From the IMG/VR virus record IMGVR_UViG_3300034170_000065, positions 1-36,677 of that record: a DNA stretch of 36,677 bases. One strand, 5' to 3'. How positions within the stretch are numbered: position 1 is the first letter of the stretch; each line of letters opens with the position of its first letter. The translations under genes were made by a program, and so were the position numbers. This document shows positions 16,890 to 26,284 of this stretch, piece after piece. The notes under the pieces were generated by a model that was not told the origin of the DNA, searched no databases, and saw only the letters and a program-made list of their open reading frames with translations. Origin of the DNA: a virus (Duplodnaviria > Caudoviricetes).

Positions 16890-18753
16890 CCCCAAGTTCG
16901 GACTGCAACGGCAGTTCGAGGGTGAGCCGGTCAGCCGAGCACTTGAGATTGACCTGTCGAGCGTTGACCTCGAGCGCCGCACCGTCGAGGTGGCGATCTC
17001 GAGCGAATACCCGGTTTTCCGGGAGGAGATCGGCGGTATCGAGGTGCTCGACCACTCGCCGAGCTCGATCAATCTCTCGCGAATGAATCGGGCACCTCTG
17101 CTCGACAACCACAACCGAAACGCCCAAATCGGGCGCGTAGAGGCGTGTTGGCTTGGCGACGATGGCCGGTTGCGCGCCCGGGTGCGGTTCTCTAAAAACC
17201 CTGCGGCTGAGCTGATTTGGCTCGACGTGATCGACGACATCAAGGTCAACGTGTCGCTGAGCTATTTGGTGCACATCTTCGTGCCCGAGTACGGCCCGGA
17301 TGGGGCCGAGCGCTACCGCGCAATCAGTTGGGAGCCCTACGAGGTTTCCATCGTTTCCGTCCCGGCTGATCCCACGGTGGGCAAAGGCCGTTCCTTTACT
17401 GAAAAACACATCATTACCGTTCGAGGCCATGAAATGCCCCCTGAAATTGAAGAGCAAGTGCAAGAGCAATCGACCGTGGACGGACAGCGCAGTCTGGCGG
17501 CTGTGCCGCGAGATCCTGTTGCAAACGAGCGTCGCCGTGTCGCGGACATTATGACCCTGGGTGAAACCCACGGTCAGCGCGCGTTGGCCACCGATGCAAT
17601 CAGCCGTGGCTTGACCGTAGAGCAAACCACCGCGGCCATTCTGGCCAACCTCAACCCACAACCTCTGGAGGCTCGCCAGCCCCAGGACAAGGCGCGCGAC
17701 CTGCCAAGTTTCCTCGGCCCCGGCCAGAACATGTCGGAGCTGGGCGTAAAGTCTCAAGAGTTGCAGTCGTACTCGATGATGCGCGCTATCGAGGCGATGG
17801 CAACCGGCAACTGGAAACATGCCGGTTTCGAGCGCTCGATCTCCCTGGCCATTGCCGACGCATCGAAAAAGGAAGCGCGCGGCCTGTTCGTGCCGCACGA
17901 AACCATTTTCCAGCGTCAGCTTGAAAAGAAAACGCCGGGCAAGGGCGGAGTGTTGGTTGATACCGACCTGCGTATCGATCAGTTCGTCGATACGTTGCGC
18001 AACAAGGCCATGATTGGCCGGCTGGGTGCGCGCGTGCTGAGCGGTCTGGTAGGTGATATCGCAATCCCGCGCAAAACCAACGGCACCAACTTCTACTGGC
18101 TGGATGAAGACGAAGAGCCGGATCTGTCCGACTTCGACTTCTCCACGCTGAGCCTGACCCCCAAGACCATCGCCGGCGCGATCGCGGTTACTCGCAAGTT
18201 GCGCAAGCAGTCGAGCATGTCGGTTGAAAACCTGATGCGCCAAGACATGATCGAGGGCATTGCGGTTGCCATCGACGCGGCGCAGTTGAAGGGCACCGGG
18301 TTGAACAATCAGCCTTTGGGCCTGCTCAACCAAATCGGTTTGCCGGGCCTGACCTACGACAGCAAAGTCGATTGGGATCACATCGTCGACATGGAAACCA
18401 TGATCGCCAATTCCAACGCCGACGAGGCTGGCATGGCGTATCTGACCAGTCCTACGCAGCGTGGCGTGGCGAAGAAAACGCAAGTGTTCTCCAATACCGG
18501 CGAACGCCTGTGGGGTGCTGACAACAACGTCAACGGCTACCGCGCCTTTGCTACCAATCAGATGCCGGCTGACGCCTGGCTGCATGGTGACTGGTCGCAG
18601 ATCATCACCGCTCTGTGGGGTGTGCTGGATCTGAACGTCGACAAGTCGACCAAGGCCGGCACTGATGGCTTGGTGCTGCGTATTTTCCAAGACGTTGACA
18701 CCCAGGCTCGCCGCCTCGAGTCCTTTAGCTGCCTCCGCAAGAAGGCGGCTTAA
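16855..18753 (+). CDS. Prohead protease-major capsid fusion (HK97 fold)
   Basis: N-terminal PLLDNHN, VSLSY, WEPYEVSIVSVPADP protease; C-terminal GGVLVDT, IPRKT..YW..E, LTPKT, GDWSQ capsid. Confidence 0.9.
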   Translation: MPKNKASSTKTDPKFGLQRQFEGEPVSRALEIDLSSVDLERRTVEVAISSEYPVFREEIGGIEVLDHSPSSINLSRMNRAPLLDNHNRNAQIGRVEACWLGDDGRLRARVRFSKNPAAELIWLDVIDDIKVNVSLSYLVHIFVPEYGPDGAERYRAISWEPYEVSIVSVPADPTVGKGRSFTEKHIITVRGHEMPPEIEEQVQEQSTVDGQRSLAAVPRDPVANERRRVADIMTLGETHGQRALATDAISRGLTVEQTTAAILANLNPQPLEARQPQDKARDLPSFLGPGQNMSELGVKSQELQSYSMMRAIEAMATGNWKHAGFERSISLAIADASKKEARGLFVPHETIFQRQLEKKTPGKGGVLVDTDLRIDQFVDTLRNKAMIGRLGARVLSGLVGDIAIPRKTNGTNFYWLDEDEEPDLSDFDFSTLSLTPKTIAGAIAVTRKLRKQSSMSVENLMRQDMIEGIAVAIDAAQLKGTGLNNQPLGLLNQIGLPGLTYDSKVDWDHIVDMETMIANSNADEAGMAYLTSPTQRGVAKKTQVFSNTGERLWGADNNVNGYRAFATNQMPADAWLHGDWSQIITALWGVLDLNVDKSTKAGTDGLVLRIFQDVDTQARRLESFSCLRKKAA

Positions 18754-18778
18754 GGCCTGGCGCTGTTGTAACGCTGAT

Positions 18779-18799
18779 GGGGCCTTAGGCCCCTTTTTT
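18779..18799 (+). terminator. Terminator after the capsid gene
   Basis: GGGGCC-tta-GGCCCC-TTTTTT. Confidence 0.75.
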
Positions 18800-18824
18800 A
18801 TTGCGTAAAAACTGAGGTTTCAGC

Positions 18825-19271
18825 ATGGAATTTCTAGCAGTTAGCTATTTGGTGATGCTTTTGCGCGCCGCCTTCCTGGGCGGTGATCACAAGGAAGAGG
18901 GCACGTTGGTCGAGGTTGGCCGAAACGGGCGTAACGCAATGGTTGCCGGCGGCATCGCTCGTGATGCCACCGACGAAGAAATCGCCAAGTTTCGCGGCGG
19001 TTCCAGTGGGGGTGTGACGGATGATCCAGATTTACCTGCGGCGCAAGCCGAACTCTCCTCGCTGGAAGCGCAAAGTAAGACGCTCGAGGGTGAAGTACTC
19101 GCGCTGGGCGTGACCAAGGGCCAGTTGGCCGAGGAAGTGGGTCAACTGCAGAGCTCCAAGCAGGAGCTGACGGGCGAGCTCGAGGCCCTGGAACAAGGCA
19201 AGGCCAAGCTGGTCGAGGAAGTGGCTGAGCTGGAAAAGGCGAAAAAGGCTGCCGCTAAGGCGGGGAAATGA
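18825..19271 (+). CDS. Head-associated protein with C-terminal coiled coil
   Basis: GAGG RBS; follows capsid; heptad repeats. Confidence 0.6.
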   Translation: MEFLAVSYLVMLLRAAFLGGDHKEEGTLVEVGRNGRNAMVAGGIARDATDEEIAKFRGGSSGGVTDDPDLPAAQAELSSLEAQSKTLEGEVLALGVTKGQLAEEVGQLQSSKQELTGELEALEQGKAKLVEEVAELEKAKKAAAKAGK

Positions 19272-19657
19272 TCGGAGACGATGACTTCGATAGCTTTTTC
19301 GACCCTGATGAATTCGGCTGCACTGTTGTCCTGATCGAGCCGGGCCAGGCGCCTCGCTCGGTCAATGGCATGTGGGGTGCGCCGGTGGCCAGCGGGCGTA
19401 TTCAGCGCACCGGCAACGTCAAGACGGCGGCGCAGGTCAAGGCCCGGCCAAATCAGCGGTTTTTGCAGTTGCCAAACGACGAGGTGCCGGCGGATCTGCC
19501 CGGCGCCAAGTTGGTGGCGGATGACGCTGAGTATTCAATCGTTGACGACGAGCCTCTCGGTCGGTTGCGCACGCTGCTGACACTGGTGCCATACGGTGAC
19601 CGCGAGGCCCGTGCCTCAGACGGAAAATCGCATGGCTGGCTTCCAACTAAACCTTGA
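19268..19657 (+). CDS. Head-tail joining protein
   Basis: FFDPDEFG start; synteny. Confidence 0.65.
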   Translation: MIGDDDFDSFFDPDEFGCTVVLIEPGQAPRSVNGMWGAPVASGRIQRTGNVKTAAQVKARPNQRFLQLPNDEVPADLPGAKLVADDAEYSIVDDEPLGRLRTLLTLVPYGDREARASDGKSHGWLPTKP

Positions 19658-20162
19658 TATGTCGGCAGGATTCGCGGCGGTGCCTGAGATCCTTAATCGG
19701 TTGCGTAAGGATCTCGACCTCGCTGCGGCTCGGGCGCTGCGTAAAACGGCCAACTGGCTGCGCACGCACAGCACCCGAGAGATCGCCAAAGAGCTGGGGA
19801 TTGCGCAAAGCCCTTTGCGTCACCGGTACGACGTGTTTACCCGGGCGGCGGGCAAGGAAGTGAAAGTGTGGGTCGGCTTGAAGCCGATCGCCGTTCACTA
19901 CCTGGGCAAGCCTAAGGAAACGTCGACGGGCGTGTCGGTTGGCCATCGGAACTACGAAGACGCATTTATCGCCAATCCGAAAAACGGGGCGTCGATGGTG
20001 TGGGTTCGCAAGGGCCGGGAGCGACTGCCGATCGAGCTGGTTAGAGAGGATTGGGAAGGGCCAGCGCTGAGCGTGCTCGAGCGTTGGGAAAGGCGTGCGC
20101 AAGTGCGGTTCGTTGAGTTGTTTGAACAGGAGGCGCGCCATGTCCTCGAGAGTGCTCGATAA
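19632..20162 (+). CDS. Minor tail / neck protein (gpZ-like)
   Basis: AAARALRKTA..W; RKGRERLPI; basic; synteny. Confidence 0.7.
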   Translation: MAGFQLNLDMSAGFAAVPEILNRLRKDLDLAAARALRKTANWLRTHSTREIAKELGIAQSPLRHRYDVFTRAAGKEVKVWVGLKPIAVHYLGKPKETSTGVSVGHRNYEDAFIANPKNGASMVWVRKGRERLPIELVREDWEGPALSVLERWERRAQVRFVELFEQEARHVLESAR

Positions 20163-20676
20163 GCCGTCTGATCTATTTTTTGCCATTGGTGACGCCATTT
20201 TGGCGGCAGACCTTGGCGTCGACGTAGGGAATTACGACGACTTTTCCGGGGTTGTCGGTGACGCGACGGTATTGATCGAGATCGAGCGCAACGGTTCGGG
20301 CAACCGGGCCAACGATGGCCGCGCCGCTCACGATCTGACGATCTCCCTGCACGGCGTGGTGGCTCGGTGGCGGGCGCACTCGCCGCTTGAGGCCGTCAAC
20401 CTGGCCAGCTTGCTCAAGGATCTCGCCACGGATAACCGCTGGGGCCTGCCGGGCTTGCAGTGCGATATCCCTCGCAACGTTGAGGCGGTGCCGTCGATGT
20501 ACTCCACCGGTGAATCTGGGTACAACGCCTGGGCCGCCACGTTCACGCAGACGATCTACATCGGGCAGCCGCTGCTCGATGACCCTGTTATCTCGCCGGC
20601 TGGGCGTAGTTGGGAGATCGTTGTCGGTACGGGCTCGGGCTTGCCGGAAGGCTTCGAGGAGGTTTTCGATGTTTGA
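20140..20676 (+). CDS. Tail completion/terminator protein (probable)
   Basis: Synteny before gpV; GGAGG RBS; W..TFTQTIYIG. Confidence 0.55.
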   Translation: MSSRVLDKPSDLFFAIGDAILAADLGVDVGNYDDFSGVVGDATVLIEIERNGSGNRANDGRAAHDLTISLHGVVARWRAHSPLEAVNLASLLKDLATDNRWGLPGLQCDIPRNVEAVPSMYSTGESGYNAWAATFTQTIYIGQPLLDDPVISPAGRSWEIVVGTGSGLPEGFEEVFDV

Positions 20677-21280
20677 CGCATTGCTGCGTATGCGGCTCGG
20701 CCCGATCGTCGACATGTTGCTCGAGCTGGAAACAGGCATTGAGGATCTGCGCCGGCGTTCTGATGGGTTTTGTCGGATCGGGGTGTGCAGTGCGGTCGAT
20801 CCGGCGACCAACACTTGCAACGTTTCCCACGGGGATCTGCTGACCCCGGCGATCAAGTTTTTCAACCCGAGTGCCGGCGAGCAGAGCGAATCCCGCATTC
20901 CCTCGGTGGGTGAGCAGTGTTTGTTGCTCAACTACGGCGGCGGCGAAAGCGGCGGGCAGTCGGTCGCGCTGTTCGGTTTGAACACCTCGCAATTCCCCCC
21001 GGCCTCGACGGTGGCCACGCTGACGCGCCGGACCCACAAGGACGGTACGGAAAGCAGTTACGACGATGCAGCGCACGTCCTGAGCTGGAAAAACGGCGAG
21101 ACGGCGTTTAAGGGCTCCCGGGAAGGGGTCGAGCTTTCGGTCGGAGCGGCCAGCTTTTCGATGACCCCCCAGGCTATCGAGCTGAAACTCGGCGAGGTCG
21201 GTTTTCTGATCGATGCGGCGGGCTTCCACTTCCTCGGGCCTCTGGTGGACCACCAAGGGCGCCTTATCAGCAAGGTATAG
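20669..21280 (+). CDS. Baseplate spike gpV
   Basis: RIGVCSAVD, PSVGEQCLLL, DGTESSYD. Confidence 0.88.
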   Translation: MFDALLRMRLGPIVDMLLELETGIEDLRRRSDGFCRIGVCSAVDPATNTCNVSHGDLLTPAIKFFNPSAGEQSESRIPSVGEQCLLLNYGGGESGGQSVALFGLNTSQFPPASTVATLTRRTHKDGTESSYDDAAHVLSWKNGETAFKGSREGVELSVGAASFSMTPQAIELKLGEVGFLIDAAGFHFLGPLVDHQGRLISKV

Positions 21281-21287
21281 GCCTCCC

Positions 21288-21620
21288 ATGATTGGCATCG
21301 ACAGAGATACCGGGGCAGCGGTCGACGACTGGCTGCAATTCGTGCAGCGCGCCACCCGGGCGCTGACTACGCCCATCGGCACCCGGCAAAAGCGTCCGCT
21401 GTATGGCTCGCTGTTGCCGGAACTGCTGGGCAAGACGGTCGGCGACGACTTGTTGATCCTCGCGCAGAGCCATGCGGCAGAGGCGTTCTATAACGAGGCG
21501 AACGGCATCGGCGATTTTGAGCCCGATGTCATCGTCGCCAGTCGCCGAGGTGCCGGGCTGCTGCTGCGGTTCGCCGGCACTTGGAAAAACCGCAAAGAGT
21601 CGTTCGAGGTGGTGACATGA
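21288..21620 (+). CDS. Baseplate wedge gpW/gp25-like
   Basis: MIGIDRDTG..LTTPIGTR..RPLYGS. Confidence 0.88.
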   Translation: MIGIDRDTGAAVDDWLQFVQRATRALTTPIGTRQKRPLYGSLLPELLGKTVGDDLLILAQSHAAEAFYNEANGIGDFEPDVIVASRRGAGLLLRFAGTWKNRKESFEVVT

Positions 21621-22612
21621 GCATGTTGATACCCGGTCAAAATCAGTTGGCCGAGCCGGCAGTCGTCACCGTTGAGGAGTTCGAGGTACTGCTCGCCGAG
21701 TTCAAGGCGTTCGTGATCGATTACGTTGCGGCCCGATCGCCAGAAAACGCGGTAAGGCTGAAAACCAGCCTGGAAAACGAAAGCGAGCTGCTGACCCTGG
21801 CCCTTGAGGCCTTCTGTGTGCGGTTGCAGACGCATGAACGCAAGTACAACGCGCGTATCAAGCAGATGCTCGCGTGGTGGGCTACTGGCAGCAACCTCGA
21901 TGCCCGCCTCGCTGATATGGGCCTCGAGCGTCAACTGCTGGTCGCCGGAGATCTGGCCGCGTTCCCCCCGGTCGAGCCGATCTATGAAAGCGACGACGAC
22001 GCCCGGCTGCGCTACTACCTGGCACCACACGCGCCGGCAGCGGGATCGCGCATGCAGTACCGCCGGGAGGTGCTGACCCTCGGCGAGCGGCCTGTCGTGA
22101 AGGTCGAGCCGCTGAGCTCGGGCGTGGTGTCGGTCACTTACACGTTTGACCCTGACGGCTTCGCCGCCCAGGTGAAGGATGGCAACGGGCGCCGAACGGC
22201 CCCGGGCAGCGTGTTGGTTACGGTGCTCTCGCGTTCGGGCGATGGCACCGCGTCTGCGGATCTGCTCGCGGCGGTTCGCAAGCATTTCGCTCGGGATGAC
22301 GTGAAGCCGGAGACGGATCTTGTCACCGTGCAGAGCGCGCAAATTAAGCACTACAAGATCCGGGTGGTTGCAAAGATCAACGCCGGGCCTGATTCGGGCC
22401 TGACAAAGATCGAGGCTGAAAAACAGTTACAGGCCTATGCCGAATCCTGCCACCACCTCGAGGGCCGTGTAGATCCGAGCTGGATCGATTACACCCTGCA
22501 CGCTGCCGGCGCGGTGCAGCTCGAAATCCTCGAGCCATTGGCCCCTATCGCGACAACGGCCTCTGAGGCCCCGTATTGCACGGGGATAGAGATAGAGGTA
22601 CGCACTTTATGA
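21617..22612 (+). CDS. Baseplate gpJ
   Basis: ATGSNLD..GLER, ESDDD.RLR, AAGS..Y, APYCT. Confidence 0.9.
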   Translation: MSMLIPGQNQLAEPAVVTVEEFEVLLAEFKAFVIDYVAARSPENAVRLKTSLENESELLTLALEAFCVRLQTHERKYNARIKQMLAWWATGSNLDARLADMGLERQLLVAGDLAAFPPVEPIYESDDDARLRYYLAPHAPAAGSRMQYRREVLTLGERPVVKVEPLSSGVVSVTYTFDPDGFAAQVKDGNGRRTAPGSVLVTVLSRSGDGTASADLLAAVRKHFARDDVKPETDLVTVQSAQIKHYKIRVVAKINAGPDSGLTKIEAEKQLQAYAESCHHLEGRVDPSWIDYTLHAAGAVQLEILEPLAPIATTASEAPYCTGIEIEVRTL

Positions 22613-23244
22613 GTGGCGAATCTCCTCGCTACAGCCTTTTGCCGGCCAATAGCTCGGCGCTTGAAAGGGCGCTCGATCTCGGTTTCGGGAATCTGCTGGA
22701 TCGTATCGCGCCGCCTTTTCCGGATCTGATGGACCCACACGCAACGCCGGTTGAATTCCTGCCTTATCTCGGCGCCGATCGTGGCGTCAGCGAGTGGAGT
22801 TCCGAGGCGCCGGAAGCTGAAAAGCGTCTGACTGTTGCCCTGGCCTGGCCGACAAAGCGCCAGGCAGGAACGCGCAAGGCCTTGGAAAGCGCGGTGAAGG
22901 GCTTGCAATTGGTTCCCGATGTCCTGGCTTGGTTTGAGCAGGTTCCGGTCGGTGCTCCCTACAGTTTCACCGTCCGAGCATTTTCGCTGCTGCCGTACAG
23001 CCCGGAAATCGATGCGCGCCTAGATCTACGCCTCGCAGACGCAAAAAGCGAGCGTGACACGCTGTTGGTTTCGGTTGGATTGAGCGCTACCGGCACTCAC
23101 TGCATCGGCGCTGCCACTGTCTGCGGTGAGCTAACTACTGTTTATCCGATCGTCTTCGAGGGGGTTGAGGCGTCCGGAAGCTCTTTCCGGGGCTCGGGCC
23201 TGTACGTCGTCGAGACAACTACTATTTCTCCCCAGGGGTCCTAA
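22609..23244 (+). CDS. Tail protein gpI
   Basis: SLLPANSSALERAL, P.EFLPYL, GT.KAL. Confidence 0.9.
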   Translation: MSGESPRYSLLPANSSALERALDLGFGNLLDRIAPPFPDLMDPHATPVEFLPYLGADRGVSEWSSEAPEAEKRLTVALAWPTKRQAGTRKALESAVKGLQLVPDVLAWFEQVPVGAPYSFTVRAFSLLPYSPEIDARLDLRLADAKSERDTLLVSVGLSATGTHCIGAATVCGELTTVYPIVFEGVEASGSSFRGSGLYVVETTTISPQGS

Positions 23245-25386
23245 ATGGCCGACTATTACACTCTGCTCACGAATGCGGGGATCGCCTACGAAAACGCCTG
23301 CAAGGCAGCGGGGCTACCAATCAAGCTCTCGCAGATCTCAGTGGGTGATGGAAACGGAGCGGTTTACAACCCGGCGGCAACCGCGACGGCTCTAAAGCGT
23401 GAGGTTTGGCGCGGGCCGCTGAATGCGTTGTTCCAGGATGACAAAAATCCTAGCTGGCTGTTGGCTGAGGTGACAATACCGTCTGAGGTTGGCGGTTGGT
23501 ATGTACGCGAGGCGGGGCTTTGGACTGATACGGGCATTCTCTATGCAATCGTCAAATACCCTGAATCGTTCAAGCCGGTGTTGGCGACGTCTGGCTCGGG
23601 GAAAGAGTTTTATATCCGTGCCATTTTCGAGACAAGCAACGCCGCGCAAGTAACACTTCTGATCGATGACACTATCGTCAAGGCTACTCGAGCATGGGTA
23701 GTTAGTTACATCGCAGATGAGTTGGCCAAGCTCGATGGAAAGCAGTCGGTTCGTGTTGCCACTACCGCGAATATTGTTTTGAGTGGTGCACAGCAAATTG
23801 ACAGTGTTGCCGTTGTTGCAGGTGATCGTGTTCTAGTATGCAGGCAAGCAGCGGGTAAGGATAACGGGATTTACGTCGCGGCTAATGGCCCGTGGGTGCG
23901 AGCTGCTGACGCCGGAAACAGCCTGGAGGTGACGCCCGGCTTATTCGTAAGCGTTGAGGCCGGTGCAAGCAATGGCGATAGTGTGTGGCAGTTGGTTACT
24001 GATGCCCCGATTACCCTTGGCACTACGTCGCTGGCCTTTGAGATGATTGTCGGTCGTACTGGGGTAAGTGCAGGAGCCTATCGTATTGTTACGGTGGATA
24101 AGAACGGTAGAGTTATCGCCGGATCGAATCCGACAACCCTGCAAGACTTTGGAATTACCAATGGTTTGATTGTGGGTGTCACATCTGACCAAAGGCCAAG
24201 TTTGTCGGCTGGGACGGTCGGTGGGGATACGGGTAATGGCTCCGGTGGAGCGATTGAAATTCGTGAAGCGTTAATGAATGAAGCCGGCAGCCTGGCTTTC
24301 GATTATGCGCCACGTATTCAATTTCATTGGAAGTCTGTAATTGCCAGGGCGTTGGCCATGGGGGCCACGGGTGGCCTTTACTGGGGAGGCCAGCAGGTTT
24401 GGACTGCTGCTGACTTTGCCCCAGGCTCAAAGGCAGACAAGGCCAATCCGACTTTTACAGGCACAGTCAGTGTCCCGACCCCGGCTCTTGGAAGTAACAA
24501 CAAGCAAGCCGCCAACACCGAATATGTGGCCGCTGCGGTTGCGGCGTTGGTAGATGCTTCGCCTGGTGCCTTGGACACGTTGGCAGAGCTAGCAAGGGCA
24601 TTGGGCAACGACCCAAACTTTGCGACAACGATCACCAACGAACTTACCAAAAGGCTAAAGCCTGGCGACTACGGTGTCGGTGGTAATGCGGTCGATTTTC
24701 CTGATAACAACCTGAGCAATTCGGTAGCGCCGTCTGGTCTCTATCGCACGTTAACGGGTGCGTTGAATGCGCCGCCAGGCGTAACTGTGCAAGGCTCACT
24801 GGTGCGTCAAGAGGTGTGGAATAGCGGTGTTGTTCAGCAGTGGTTCGGTGAGCACATCACCGGCCGCCTGTGGCGCCGAGCCTGCAACTCCGGCGCATGG
24901 TCTCCGTCCTGGGCTGAAATAGTGATGGGTATAGAAGGCGCGGTTGTGGCTTTTGCCATGTCGACGCCGCCCGTTGGCTGGGTTATCTGCAATGGAGCGG
25001 CTCTTTCGCGGACGACCTATGCAGCGCTATTTGCACGTATTGGGACGACTTATGGCGCTGGTGATGGTTCCACAACCTTCAATGTGCCGGATGTTCGAGG
25101 CAAGGTTGTTCGTGCTGCTGACCTTGGTAGCGGTGTCGACCCTGGTCGAGTATTTGGTTCTGATCAGATGGACGCATTTCCGGATCACGGCCATATCAAT
25201 ACGCTCCACACCGCGAATGGTCCTCCGGGCGGAGGTGGCGAGTTTGTTGGGTCTGGAGGTGTGCCGGGCTCAACTCAGGTAAGTGGGCGGGTTTTAGGGG
25301 CTACGCCGTTGTCAGGTGGAACGCTGAGGGTCGCTAACGAAACGCGGATGAAAAACATCGCTTTACTGGTTTGCATTAAATACTGA
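23245..25386 (+). CDS. Tail fibre (P2 gpH-like N-terminus, C-terminal collar domain)
   Basis: YYTLLTNAG..GGWYVRE; SPGALDTLAELARALGNDPNFATT; GWVICNG..SRTTYAALF..TFNVPD; ETRMKNIA. Confidence 0.92.
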   Translation: MADYYTLLTNAGIAYENACKAAGLPIKLSQISVGDGNGAVYNPAATATALKREVWRGPLNALFQDDKNPSWLLAEVTIPSEVGGWYVREAGLWTDTGILYAIVKYPESFKPVLATSGSGKEFYIRAIFETSNAAQVTLLIDDTIVKATRAWVVSYIADELAKLDGKQSVRVATTANIVLSGAQQIDSVAVVAGDRVLVCRQAAGKDNGIYVAANGPWVRAADAGNSLEVTPGLFVSVEAGASNGDSVWQLVTDAPITLGTTSLAFEMIVGRTGVSAGAYRIVTVDKNGRVIAGSNPTTLQDFGITNGLIVGVTSDQRPSLSAGTVGGDTGNGSGGAIEIREALMNEAGSLAFDYAPRIQFHWKSVIARALAMGATGGLYWGGQQVWTAADFAPGSKADKANPTFTGTVSVPTPALGSNNKQAANTEYVAAAVAALVDASPGALDTLAELARALGNDPNFATTITNELTKRLKPGDYGVGGNAVDFPDNNLSNSVAPSGLYRTLTGALNAPPGVTVQGSLVRQEVWNSGVVQQWFGEHITGRLWRRACNSGAWSPSWAEIVMGIEGAVVAFAMSTPPVGWVICNGAALSRTTYAALFARIGTTYGAGDGSTTFNVPDVRGKVVRAADLGSGVDPGRVFGSDQMDAFPDHGHINTLHTANGPPGGGGEFVGSGGVPGSTQVSGRVLGATPLSGGTLRVANETRMKNIALLVCIKY

Positions 25387-25394
25387 GGTTCAAC

Positions 25395-25979
25395 ATGTCG
25401 GACAAACTGGTTATCTATCACGCTGGCGTGACTGGTGAATTCATCGGCTCCGGTTATGCAGATCCTGATCCGATGGATTCCGGCAACTGGCTAATCCCCG
25501 CTCGGGCCTATCGTGAGCAACCGCCTGAGCCAGGGGCGAATCAATCCGTTATTCGCGGCAGTGCCGATTGGGAGCTTGTCGCTGATTATCGCGGCTTGAT
25601 CTACGGCATCGAAAACGGGCTGGCCACCCAGTATGACGAATTGGGGGAGTTGCCTTATGGCTTCACCGCCCAACCTTGTCCTGGGCCAGACTATCAGTGG
25701 GTTGACGGTGAATGGTCGCTCGACGAATCCGCCCAGGCGCGCCGGGAGCAAGACGCGGCGAGGGCATGGCGTGACAGTGAAATCGAGAGCATCAAGTGGT
25801 TGCGAGAGCGCCATCGCGACGAATTGGATCTCGGCATTGCCCATGTATTAACGGATGGTCAGTTCGCGCAGCTTCTTACTTATATGCAGGCTTTGCGCGA
25901 CTGGCCTCAAGTCCTTGATTTTCCGGCCATGGAGAGTCGGCCCGTTGTCCCGAGTTGGATAGCTGAGCAAGCCGAATAG
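25395..25979 (+). CDS. Tail fibre assembly chaperone
   Basis: W..VADYRG; RAWRD..WLRERHRD..Y.QALRDWPQ. Confidence 0.85.
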   Translation: MSDKLVIYHAGVTGEFIGSGYADPDPMDSGNWLIPARAYREQPPEPGANQSVIRGSADWELVADYRGLIYGIENGLATQYDELGELPYGFTAQPCPGPDYQWVDGEWSLDESAQARREQDAARAWRDSEIESIKWLRERHRDELDLGIAHVLTDGQFAQLLTYMQALRDWPQVLDFPAMESRPVVPSWIAEQAE

Positions 25980-26034
25980 CGCCCGTGCTTACGCGGCGTT
26001 TTCTGTGTAACCCCTCCCTCTACTTTAAACATCC

Positions 26035-26055
26035 AGCCGCGTTGCGGCTTTTTTT
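26035..26055 (+). terminator. Terminator after the fibre cassette
   Basis: AGCCGC-gtt-GCGGCT-T6. Confidence 0.6.
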
Positions 26056-26074
26056 GTGCCTGGAGCTACTGAAC

Positions 26075-26284
26075 ATGGCGACCCGTCAAAGTTACACCGT
26101 GCTTATCCCGTTCCCGAAAGGTGGCGGTCATTGGTCCGTAGTCGGCGAAAAGCTCGAGCTGATGGACGTGCAGGCATCCGCCCTGCGCACCGCTGGCCGC
26201 CTTGCGCTGACCAGTGACCTCGAGGCGGTGCAGGCCGCCGAAAAAACTACCAAGGCTAAGGCCGCCAGCGAGGAGGCCAAATAA
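26075..26284 (+). CDS. Small conserved pre-sheath tail protein
   Basis: GGAG RBS; YTVLIPFPKGGGHW; TAATG coupling to the sheath gene. Confidence 0.75.
   Translation: MATRQSYTVLIPFPKGGGHWSVVGEKLELMDVQASALRTAGRLALTSDLEAVQAAEKTTKAKAASEEAK

Noticed and set aside
16669-18690. 673-aa minus-strand ORF
   Set aside because: Shadow of the protease-capsid gene; no motifs; expected in GC-rich DNA
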